Part shown: positions 10,571-20,874 of the stretch, piece after piece
How positions within the stretch are numbered: position 1 is the stretch's first letter
Layout of the letters: the number at the start of each line of letters is the position of its first letter
Source of the DNA: Octopus bimaculoides
Taxonomy: Eukaryota
DNA length: 34,725 bases
Assembly: GCF_001194135.2 (NCBI RefSeq)
Contig: NC_068984.1
Location: forward strand, 53,187,037-53,221,761
Direction of reading: 5' to 3'
Position numbers and translations under genes: made by a program
The notes under the pieces: model-generated
What the model was told of the DNA's origin: nothing
Seen by the model: the letters and a program-made list of their open reading frames with translations, nothing else
Database searches by the model: none

Positions 10571-11309
10571 TAAGCTACTCTTGTGCTTATGAGTTATGCC
10601 CTCCACAAAAAATGGTTTCAAACATGACATTCCTCAACAAAAGATAGATTGGTATATAAAACTGCTTTCTGAAGTTAAGGGTAATGAAATTTTAAGTGGA
10701 TATATCCACTTTTGGCAGTAAAATGGTTAAAGGACTTGATGCTATTTTTAGAACTTTTGAAGAGAGCATGTACATAGAAATGGATGTTGATCTATTTCTA
10801 GTGAGTTTGTGCAAGTCAAAAGACAAGCTGAAAATGCACTCAATTGCTGCAGGGTAATGCACAAATAGAAAAACAAAGAAAGAAATAAACATCTACTTTA
10901 CAATATTAAAAAAAGAAAACCCAAAATACAATAGAAATATAAGATTTCTTCTTTTTTTTTGCACATGTTGATGGTAGTCAATAAACTCTTAACATATAAA
11001 ACTACATCCAATTCATTTATTTCGTTCTTTAGCTCTATTGATTTTTCATGTACTTTCTTCTGTTAGGTATTGTGGAAAATTAAAAATTTATTTATTTTTC
11101 CTTTAAAGTGAAGATATTCAGTGATTTTTTTACATGCACTTATGTATGCAATAACTATGGTCTTTATGAAATACACATTACCAATAGTGATAGGTATATA
11201 CTGTCTATAAATGAATGTACATATACATACACTTACACATACACACATATAATATATATGTATGTATGTATATATAACCTTTCATAATCTGACACAAGAT
11301 CACCACCTC

Positions 11310-11659
11310 CAATGCCTCCTCTCCTCTCAAAAGATTTTTGTCTTGCAAGTTACTTGGTGACCCTGTCAGTGCAGGTGCCACTTAAAAAGCATCCAGTCCA
11401 CATTGTAAAGTGGTTGGTATTTGGAAGGGCATCCAACAGTAAAAACTTTTCCAAAACTGACCTCACCTGTGTTTGTGCCATGAAAAAAGCACTCAGTCCA
11501 CTCTGCTGGGTGGTTAGTGTTAGAAATAGCATCGAGCCATAAGAACCCTGCCAAAACAGATATAGAAGTCAAGTGCATGCTCCTACTTGGCCAGTCCCTG
11601 TCAAACCGTCCCACCCATGCCAGATATTAAACAATGATGATGATGATGATGATGATGAT
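11310..11659 (+). repeat. Repeat family E (RTE 3'UTR-like, ends in (TGA)n), with internal duplication
   Basis: GGTGCCACTTAAAAAGCATCCAGT...GGAAGGGCATCCA...ACCCATGCCAG followed by a (TGA)n tail. Confidence 0.75.
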
Positions 11660-11660
11660 A

Positions 11661-11676
11661 TGTGTGTGTGTGTGTG

Positions 11677-11718
<42 letters not shown>
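11661..11718. repeat. (TG)n-(TAGA)n microsatellite
   Basis: Direct reading. Confidence 0.95.
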
Positions 11719-11719
<1 letters not shown>

Positions 11720-11867
11720 ATTTTACTTATACCAGTCAATGGACTGCAGTGATACTCAGGCACCACCTCAATGAGTTTAGTTGAACAATTTGACCAGTGT
11801 ACTTATTTTCATTCTTTTAAGCCTGGTACTAATTTTATCAGTATCTTTTGCCAAACTGCTATGTTAC
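11720..11867 (-). mobile_element. SINE family A, 3' part
   Basis: CAGTCAATGGACTGCAG...GCACCACC...AAGCCTGGTACT...TTTTGCCAAACTGCTATGTTAC. Confidence 0.75.
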
Positions 11868-13140
11868 TTCAAATTGGAGTATATAGCATCCAAGAAATTA
11901 GGCCATGCAAATTGTCTATCAAAACTGATTCCAAAAAATGCAGAACCATTCGAAGATACTGTGATTGCCGCTTTGCAAGTGGAAAATGAAATTAAAAATG
12001 TTCTGTGTAACATCATTTGTGAACTGCCAGTTGCATTACCAGACATAAAATCAAAGTCGGAGAATGATAAATTCATTATAAAAATGAAAGAAACATTGAC
12101 GGCCAAAGAAAATAAAAATATCTGCAACACAAATGCGAACCATTTCTGACTGTGTGACAATGTGTTGATGTATGTACAAAGAGTCATAGTGCTGGCCACA
12201 CTACAAATGCATTTATTAAAGGATTTTCATATTGGTCACCCAAGGATTTTGAGAATGAAACCACTTATGAGAAGTTACATATATTGGCCTACAAAGGACC
12301 ATGAAAAGTCAGTGAAATCCTGCAGAGGTTGTGCCCTTGCAGCCAAGTCACCACCAGTAAGATTTCAACTGTGGTTTAAAACTGATAGTCCATGGACCAG
12401 GCTTCATATAGATTTTGCTGGACTAGTAAATGGCACATATTACCTGATTGTAGTAGATAGTTATACTAAGTGGTTGGAAATATGTAGATGTAGTAACAAT
12501 AGATTTTCATCATAAACTCTTTGCAAGATATAGTGTCCCAGACACGATAGTATCCAATAACAGTATGCAGTTTATGGTGTATGTGATTAAAATTTTTTGC
12601 AAAATGTATGCAATTGAACACATCTCTACTCTGCCATATCACCCAAGATTAAACAAGCAAGCATAATGGTTCGTAGATACATTTAAAAGAGCATTAAAAA
12701 AATCAAGAAATGAGCTGGTCAATGACACAGCATTGACACAACTCTTGAGGGTTTATAGGATAACACCAAACCCAAACACTTATTCAGGCAAGTCACCTGT
12801 GGAACTAATCTTTGCTCAAAAAATAAAGTCAATTTTTGACAAGCTGTTACCAGTAAGAAAAACAAATAGGGGAAACACTAAAAATATGACAAAGTATTTT
12901 AATAACAGTAACAAGGTGTATTTCAAAATATTTAGAAATGGAAGAGAAGGTTGAGAAGACACAGTAAGTAACAAAAAAATTAGGCAAAATGATGTATATG
13001 ATAAGAGGCAAAAAATGGGAATACAAAAGACATTTAAACCATCTAAAAGATAGATATATGGAAAAAAAAAAGAGAGATACTCATGGAAGTGCTCTATGAC
13101 ACCTTTGATGTTCCAATGCCACAAGGAATTGAACCTAGGT
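11868..13140 (+). pseudogene. Ty3/Gypsy LTR-retrotransposon pol remnant 1 (RNase H end + integrase)
   Basis: KLEYIASKKLGHANCLSKLIP (RNase H end); LKDFHIGHP..MKPLMRSYIYWP...C.GC (HHCC); PWTRLHIDFAG, LIVVDSYTKW, VPDTIVSNN, YHPRLN.QA*WFVDTFKRALKK, YRITPN. Contains stops and frameshifts; catalytic D2 and E are mutated. Confidence 0.92.
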
Positions 13141-13296
13141 GTAGCAGCACAAGAAAGATGAAACAGAATGGTTGGCAGTAGTGCTTAAATGGAAAAAATA
13201 TTAAACTTCTCTAGGAAGAAAATCTCAAAAAGGAAGATGTGGTGAAAGAAAAAAATAAATATAATGATAATATTAACTTCCAACAGAAGTCAATCT

Positions 13297-13580
13297 GAAA
13301 AGGGGGAGATGTGGCAAGAATCATTGACACCCTTGTGGGATTGGAAGAATGGACTAGTCAAACTCTTATAAAAAGTAGTGTATTGGTTGAGAAGAGAAGT
13401 TGTAGAAGTCATTGAGAGTTCGTGGAAGTCATTGGAAGTCACTGAGATTGTTCAGAGTTTGTATTTATTGGAATATCATGTTTGGTGGAGTAATTTGAAG
13501 TACATCGTTTGAAGACACTTGTGTCTATCCTCACTTCATGAAATCTATACATCCAACATATAGAAGGATATAAAAATATA
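13297..13580 (+). mobile_element. Polypurine tract and probable 3' LTR of Gypsy remnant 1
   Basis: GAAAAGGGGGAGA (13297-13309) is followed immediately by TG (13310). TATAAAAAG at 13367. The LTR end (a CA near 13558 or 13582) is uncertain. Confidence 0.6.
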
Positions 13581-13750
13581 TCATCATCATTTAATATCTG
13601 CCTTCTGTGCTGGCATGGGTTGAGCACTTTGTTAGGAGCCAGCCAGGCTGGAACAGGCACCAGATTTCTTTGTCTGTTTTAACAGGATTTTTACAGCTTG
13701 ATATCATTCCTAACACTAATCACCCAGCAGAGTGGACTGAGTGCTTTTTA
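13580..13750 (-). repeat. Repeat family E
   Basis: (TCA)n tail, GCTGGCATGGGTTG, TTTTTACAGCTTGAT..CATTCCTAACACTAATCAC. Confidence 0.7.
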
Positions 13751-13796
13751 CACACACACACACACACATGTAAGCACATAAATGCAATATAACACG

Positions 13797-14100
13797 GAAA
13801 ATACTCAAATACTAAAAGTAGAGTAATATGTTATTTATCAAAGCTGAAAAAACCCCCCTTCACAAGCTGTTACTCAGAGTCTCATGTTACTGTTTGTCAA
13901 ACAGTTGTGATGAGACTAAATAATTATGTGGGTATACATAATATAACATAATACAATGCAGTCATTACAATTCAATGAATAAGCCACTGAATTTGTCTGA
14001 GTGACTAATTCCAAAACGTAACAGTGTGGTTAGGCTACCAGAGGGACTTAATCATTAAGATCCCACCATTAAGATGGAATAAACAATAATAAATAATTAA
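13797..14100 (-). mobile_element. ~300-bp hammerhead-bearing repeat unit, copy 1 (Penelope pseudo-LTR or retrozyme-like)
   Basis: Aligns over ~260 bp with the reverse complement of 14157-14417 and contains the hammerhead-like fold at 13860-13910. Confidence 0.6.
13860..13910 (-). ncRNA. Decayed type-I hammerhead ribozyme motif
   Basis: Minus strand reads TCACAACTGT-TTGACAA-ACAGTAACAT-GAG-ACTCTGAGT-A-ACAGCTTGTGA: 10-bp stem I with one bulged C, U3/A8 core variant, palindromic stem III, GUA cleavage triplet. Stem II and A14 are broken. Confidence 0.55.
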
Positions 14101-14156
14101 AGCAAAAAAAAACCAAAAAACTTTGTACAAAAGCAAATAAAACTTAACAGAATAAT

Positions 14157-14417
14157 TTAATTATTAATTATTGTTTATTCCACCATTATGATTAATCTCT
14201 ACTGGCAGCTTAACTAGACTGTTATGTCTTGAAATCAGTCACTCATTCAAATTCAATTGCTTATTTGTTGAACTGAAACAACTACATTGTTATATTATAT
14301 TATATTACATATGCCCACACAATTTTATATTTAGTATCATCACAACTGTCCAACAAACAGTAACATGAAATTCTGAGTAACAGCTTGTGAAAATCTTTTT
14401 CAGCTTCAATAAATAGG
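14157..14417 (+). mobile_element. Hammerhead-bearing repeat unit, copy 2 (inverted relative to copy 1)
   Basis: Reverse complement aligns with 13832-14100. Confidence 0.6.
14340..14390 (+). ncRNA. Decayed type-I hammerhead ribozyme motif
   Basis: TCACAACTGT-CCAACAA-ACAGTAACAT-GAA-ATTCTGAGT-A-ACAGCTTGTGA. Same stem I, GAAA and GUA retained; core decayed. Confidence 0.5.
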
Positions 14418-14419
14418 CT

Positions 14420-14461
14420 ATGTGCGTATGTATGTATGCATGTATGTATGTATGTATCTCT

Positions 14462-14560
<99 letters not shown>

Positions 14561-14570
14561 TGTATGTATG

Positions 14571-14600
<30 letters not shown>
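14420..14600. repeat. Compound (TATG)n-(TA)n-(TATG)n microsatellite
   Basis: Direct reading. Confidence 0.95.
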
Positions 14601-14604
<4 letters not shown>

Positions 14605-14973
14605 TTGAACAATGGGATTGATAGCTCAATACTGCACTGGTGGATAAAGATTCTTTATTTCTGTATTAAGGCTATCATTGATTTTATGCTAAGGAATACC
14701 TCAACAATTATCAAGCCTATCACATCGAACATCTGTGTTCATTTCCATTGTGGATTTAAACACAAAAAGTCACAGAAAGTCACAATAGAATCGTATGAGA
14801 ATGTTTTTGTTTACTGAAATTCCCACATGATTTTATTGCAACTTTCTATGATGGAGACAAAAACTGTTTCATGTGGATAGACTTGATAATTGTTGATGTA
14901 TTCCTTAACATGAGACCAATGGTAGCCTTGATACACAAATAAAGTTTACACACACACAAATATTCATATATAA

Positions 14974-15263
14974 GACCTTCGTACATTGGGCCTCACCGAA
15001 GCGATGACTACTGACCGAGACCTTTGGAAATGTGCTGTGCGTGAGAAGACCCGGCAAGCCAAGTAAGATCGTTGCCAGTGCCCCTGGACTGGTTCTTGTG
15101 CGGGTGGCACATGAGATGCACCATTTTGAGCGTGGCCGTTGCCAGTACCGCCTGACTGGCTCCTGTAGGATTTTCGAGCGAGATCGTTGCCAGTGCCCCT
15201 GGACTGGCTTGTGCGGGTGGCACAAAAAGACACCATTTCGAGCGTGGCCGTTTTCGTGCGGGT
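14974..15263 (+). mobile_element. RTE-clade LINE, extreme 3' end of ORF plus tandem-repeated 3'UTR; continues into gap
   Basis: 14974-15066 encodes DLRTLGLTEAMTTDRDLWKCAVREKTRQAK*, with the DRxxW(R/K) terminus typical of RTE. GC-rich 3'UTR with a 115-bp-period repeat. Confidence 0.8.
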
Positions 15264-16051
15264 NNNNNNNNNNNNNNNNNNNNNNNNNNNNNNNNNNNNN
15301 NNNNNNNNNNNNNNNNNNNNNNNNNNNNNNNNNNNNNNNNNNNNNNNNNNNNNNNNNNNNNNNNNNNNNNNNNNNNNNNNNNNNNNNNNNNNNNNNNNNN
15401 NNNNNNNNNNNNNNNNNNNNNNNNNNNNNNNNNNNNNNNNNNNNNNNNNNNNNNNNNNNNNNNNNNNNNNNNNNNNNNNNNNNNNNNNNNNNNNNNNNNN
15501 NNNNNNNNNNNNNNNNNNNNNNNNNNNNNNNNNNNNNNNNNNNNNNNNNNNNNNNNNNNNNNNNNNNNNNNNNNNNNNNNNNNNNNNNNNNNNNNNNNNN
15601 NNNNNNNNNNNNNNNNNNNNNNNNNNNNNNNNNNNNNNNNNNNNNNNNNNNNNNNNNNNNNNNNNNNNNNNNNNNNNNNNNNNNNNNNNNNNNNNNNNNN
15701 NNNNNNNNNNNNNNNNNNNNNNNNNNNNNNNNNNNNNNNNNNNNNNNNNNNNNNNNNNNNNNNNNNNNNNNNNNNNNNNNNNNNNNNNNNNNNNNNNNNN
15801 NNNNNNNNNNNNNNNNNNNNNNNNNNNNNNNNNNNNNNNNNNNNNNNNNNNNNNNNNNNNNNNNNNNNNNNNNNNNNNNNNNNNNNNNNNNNNNNNNNNN
15901 NNNNNNNNNNNNNNNNNNNNNNNNNNNNNNNNNNNNNNNNNNNNNNNNNNNNNNNNNNNNNNNNNNNNNNNNNNNNNNNNNNNNNNNNNNNNNNNNNNNN
16001 NNNNNNNNNNNNNNNNNNNNNNNNNNNNNNNNNNNNNNNNNNNNNNNNNNN
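15264..16051. other. Assembly gap (788 N)
   Basis: Direct reading. Confidence 1.
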
Positions 16052-16052
16052 N

Positions 16053-16099
<47 letters not shown>

Positions 16100-16649
16100 G
16101 AACAGACACACACAAAACATGGATGTACGTGCATGAATACACACACACACACATATGAAAAGGTTGACATTTACTTCAAAGTTTTGTTAAAGGCTGTTTA
16201 TTTTTTTGAAACTAAGCACAATATTAGGAATCAGTGATATGAATACACATAAGCAGTAGAGAAAATTGGTGGTTAATAGATAGGGTTGTGAGGCTAAAGA
16301 GGAATGGAAAAGGAACAAATAGAAAATTTGGAACTTGGTGGTATTTAGCCTTTGGTAAAAAATAGGAAAATAAGGGACATACATTTACACACACACACAC
16401 ACACACACCTTCTCTATATTGAGCATAACATTCATAGATATGCAGGCTACCATTGGTTTGATGTGTGAAGTAGACTATAGGGTTTTAGAGCAACCAGAAA
16501 TCTAACTTCAAATATTATTCAGATCTGACTGGATAATGGTTATTTATATAATGCAATGTGTGTGTGTTTGCATGTGTATGTGTGTGTGTGTGTGTGTGTG
16601 TTTGTATGTGTGCACGTGTGTGTGTGTGTCTATGTGTGTGCATGCATGT

Positions 16650-17227
16650 ATCAGTCTTACTTAAGTATTGTAAAGAGTTAGTAATTTTAGATGGGAGCTA
16701 AAGTATTTTCAGGCTCTCAAGAGTCATACGGGCGTTTTACTCTGTTGTGGATATGAGATCGCCTGAAGAGATCATTAATGCTTATTGGACATATCGTTTG
16801 TAAGTTTGTAATGATTCTCCAGAGTCTTGCTGCTTGTTGTCTATGACTAGAGCTATTGAGGCACAAAAGTGTCATTTGTGCTGTTGAAGAGTATAAGATT
16901 TTCACAGAGACAGTCCAGATTTAGACCAAGCTGTACAGGCTGCATGTGAAAAGTGCTTAATAGGGAAGGTCAGAGAACAAAGGAGTGCCTGTTATTGAAG
17001 GAAGCAATGAGTAGATAGTTAATATATAGGAGGAAGAGTCTGTATTGGAGAAAATCAACATTGATAGAATGTAAGCCTGAAAGAATACCATCAGCACATG
17101 TTGTAATGGTGCAGGCTGACAAGAAGCTTCCACTCAAGCAGATGGGAGATAGATGAAGACCATGGGAAGGTGGTTTAACTAGGAAATTTGTATGTCAGAC
17201 ACAAATGAATGCTTTACTGGGGTCAAG
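16650..17227 (-). pseudogene. CR1/L2/Jockey-group LINE reverse transcriptase remnant
   Basis: Minus strand: LDPSKAFICV*HTNFLVKPPSHG (LDxSKAFDxVxH motif), SGSFLSACTI..ADGILS, LFLLYINYLL (LFLLYINDL motif), then ISINDL..RSHIH and KYFSSHLKLLTLYN. Many stops and frameshifts; the YADD region is destroyed. Confidence 0.75.
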
Positions 17228-17984
17228 TATATTATTTATGCTAAATTTTTCAAGGGTGAAAACTTACTGGGCAGAGACAGGAAAACAGGACAATAGGGTT
17301 CATTGTAAGTTCATTCTGAAAAATTGCAATACAATGAACACATTGCCTTTAATTTCATTACTCAATAATTTCATTGCAAGTTGATACATTGTCAATATAT
17401 TCATAGTCATGTCAAAAACCTCATCAGTAAAGTTATCAAGCTTTTTATTGGCAGAGAAAATACATCAATAAACATTATTTACAGTTTGTATTAATGGAAT
17501 AAATATAAAGCAAAAAGTTTTTAAAAAAAGAGAAATCCATCCTTTAATTTGGAAATTTCTAGATATCTGGAAAAGAAAACAAATCAAGAAATGAAGTAAT
17601 AACAGTATATCACTGCTGCAGGAATTCCACATTGGAGAAAGAATATAAAGAAAGTGCTGTCAGAATTCAACACATCACCAGTGAATGTAAAGTCTTGAAA
17701 TGTTGAATTATTTAAAACATATTGCTTATGATGTCTTTTATGAATTTGTCTTTTCAAAATGTTTTTTCTTTCCTCCAATTTAAAATAATATTGTTTTTAC
17801 AAAAATTCCTTTTTGGAGATCGATTTTTAAAAGTGATACCTGGACACTTCATCACTGATGTTTGTATCTTTGCATCTACTACTGATTCATTTTTAACTCT
17901 CTTCTAAATGTGAGTAGCCATGTAGCTCCCCTATAATTAAAACCTACTCTGCTCCATCCTTAACCTTTCATCTGCAAGCATAAA

Positions 17985-18237
17985 GCCCTTCCTCTTGGGT
18001 TTCGTAGGCTTACAACCTGCTTGGTGACTTCACTAGCACCAGTGGCCCAAGAAAAGCACTCAGTACACAATGTAAAGTGGTAAGCATTAGGAAGGGTATC
18101 CAGTTGTAGAAACCATACCAAAGTAGACATTGGAGTACAATGCAATCCCTGGACCCATCAGATCCTATCAAACTGTCCAACCCATGTCAGCATGGAACGT
18201 TGTTGTTAAATGATGATGATGATGATGATGATGATGA
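17985..18237 (+). repeat. Repeat family E with (GAT)n tail
   Basis: GAAAAGCACTCAGTACACAATGTAAAGTGG...AGGAAGGGTATCCAG...AACCCATGTCAGCATGGAA, then (TGA)n. Confidence 0.75.
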
Positions 18238-18869
18238 AGAAATTGTTAATTTTATGTTAATACATTTTTTTTAAATCCTGGAATTTTATTTTCTTTCTTT
18301 ATGAAATGTGACATATTTACTATGCAAATTTGTGAGTAAGAAAGCATATATTTGGCATGACAATGAATTGGCTCATAATCACCAGGTGATGAAATTATAG
18401 TCAAATGTATTTCCAATGATGTAATAATTCATGATGAATTTAAAGGAGATTTGCCAGTTAACTTGGCTTTATGGAAGCCACATTAATGGCAACTGAGGTG
18501 GAAGATTGATTCAAGATATTGGCAATGGTCACCAATAATAACAATCCCCATTACCTTTGAACTGCTGGATATGGGAAGTGTTAAGTTTGATAGTAAACAA
18601 AGTCAGATGAATGGGAACTTTTATATGTTGATGACACACACATACACATATTCATATATATTTTCATTAAATTAATGTCTATGTTCAAGTTTTATCTTTT
18701 TTATTTTAGATTGTTCATATTCTCTTGTTAGCTTTTTACAGTTAATTTGGAATGATAGAGTTCCTAAATCTATATCCAAATGTAAAAAAGAAATAAGAAA
18801 ATATGAAAAATCTANNNNNNNNNNGAAAAATCTAAAATGAAAAAAAAAACAAAAAAAACTTGAACATAG

Positions 18870-19258
18870 GAGCAAGTTTGGCTGTGAGGTTGAGAAGCTA
18901 GCTTCCAAACCATGTAGTCTTGGGTTCAGTCCCACAGCATAGCACCTTGCAAGTGTCTCCTACTCTAGTCCTGGGCTGACAAAAGCCTTGTGAGTGGATT
19001 TGCTAGATAGAAACTGAAAGAAGCCAGTCACGTGTGTGTTCACATATGTGTCCCCACCCACCATTTGACAATTGGTGTTGATTTGTTTACATCCCTGTAA
19101 ATTAGCAGTTCAGCATTAGAGAAGGATACAATAAGTATTATGCTTAAAAGAAAGAAGTATCCAAGTCAGTTCATTTGACTAAAACCCTTCAAGGTGGTGC
19201 CCTAGCATGGCCACAGTCCAATGACTGAAACAAGTAAATAGCAAAAGATAAAAGAAAG
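18870..19258 (+). mobile_element. SINE family A, near-full-length older copy
   Basis: TGGCTGTGAGG head, GGGTTCAGTCCC B-box, GTGAGTGGATTT..TAGATAGAAACTGAAAGAAGCC, tail GACTGAAACAAGTAA. Confidence 0.88.
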
Positions 19259-19315
19259 ATAGTCATGTACTTAATGAAATGTGCATAACACGAAAGCTGT
19301 TACTCCTAACATAAT

Positions 19316-19512
19316 GGTTTCAAATTTTGCCACAAGGACAAGCATTTTGGGTGAGGGGATGTGTTGATTACATCAACCCAGTGTTCAACTGGTACTTAAT
19401 TTGATTTTTTTTATTAACCATAAAGTACTTAATTTACTGACCCCGAAAGAATGAAAGGCAAAGTCGACCTCGGCGGAATTTGAACTCAGAACATAACGGC
19501 AGATGAAATACC
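19316..19512 (-). mobile_element. SINE family C, 5'-truncated
   Basis: GAAAGGCAAAGTCGACCTCGGCGGAATTTGAACTCAGAAC; B-box GAGTTCAAATTCC on the minus strand. Confidence 0.85.
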
Positions 19513-19580
19513 TATTACCCATATCATATTAATACTCATATCTATATGCATGCATGCATGTGTGTNNNNNNNNNNNNNNN

Positions 19581-19616
<36 letters not shown>

Positions 19617-20874
19617 ACGCGCATGTGCGTGTGTGTGTGCATGCACGTGCGTGTATGTGCATCACTGCACTGAGAAAAAAAGATTAAGGAGATATGGAAG
19701 ACGTTCCAGACCTTGAAAACCAGTCCAAAAGCACAGGCCAACAAGGCAAGAACAGAAATACTAATAAAAATTTTGCTTTGAAGTTTCTATTCTGCACTTC
19801 ATCCTGTTGGTTTTGATAGATTAACTTGCAAATATTTTCAAAACGATGACAGCAAAGTCTACAGTTTCGACAATTAGGCTCCAGCAGTCCATATACTGCA
19901 CAACAATAATGCAACTGTTTGAAATCTATCTATTACTGCATCTAACTATTACACAAAACAATAAGCATTGTATATCAACATCGACCTTGCTTGTGAAAAT
20001 CACATTTAATAACCTTTACCTAGCCGAGTGACATGAAACCAAAGAAAATATATTACTTTCTCTATTGACATTTTATCACAAAATTTACATATATAAGATT
20101 ACGAAATACATGTACATGTAATATCATATTATATCCATGTTTTACTTATTTAAACTTGTTTTGTATTAAATATAGAGCAAAAAAAGAATATAACAGATTT
20201 TCACAATAATCATTTTGAGGTGTAAGTGTGACACAATATGTTGATTTGGTCACATTTAACATAAAATATACTTTTTATACTTTGAACACATATTTTGAAG
20301 AAAGCTTCATTTTCACTCTTGTATGTTGGTTTATCCAATAACACATTATTTCAGTAATATTCTATTTAATAATAAACATATATGACAACAAAAATATAAA
20401 TAAAAGATCACTAAAGGTTAAAATGTATTTAACCCAAGGGCAAACACTTAGCAGGACTTAAAACAACATAGAAACATCTCCTCACCACACACACTTTAAT
20501 GAACTTAACTTTTTGTTTACTGAGGCGTTTTAGTAGAGACTTCAACCTCTTCACCCACTGTTGTTATGAGATAACTAAGTCTGTCAAAAAAGTTGTTCTC
20601 ACATCTAATTAAAAATCTCCCTCCCCACTGCCTTCTTTCCTTTTCCTCCACTCCAATTCCTAACCAGCAAGAAGATGTTATGTGGTTTTTGTGAAAGTGA
20701 GCCATTTTGGAAGTTAACTACTTATAAGAAATTTAATATTATGAAAGAAAAAAAAATCTTTTTTTTCATATTATTGGAAGTGATGAGAAACACAAGAGTC
20801 ATCCACTATACAATCACAGCACAAACAATCTCTCTGGGACGACAGTTATTTTGAATTAAAATAGAGGTGAAGTC

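Noticed and set aside
10620-10860. Coding-looking stretch (KHDIPQQKIDWYIKLL...; MVKGLDAIFRTFEE...)
   Set aside because: Frames are broken by stops, there is no recognisable motif and no convincing splice pair.
18805-18834. GAAAAATCTA repeated on both sides of a 10-N gap
   Set aside because: Typical unmerged contig overlap; an assembly artefact.
19684-19914. 76-aa Cys-rich ORF with a hydrophobic segment
   Set aside because: Short, no known domain pattern, no splice support; expected by chance.
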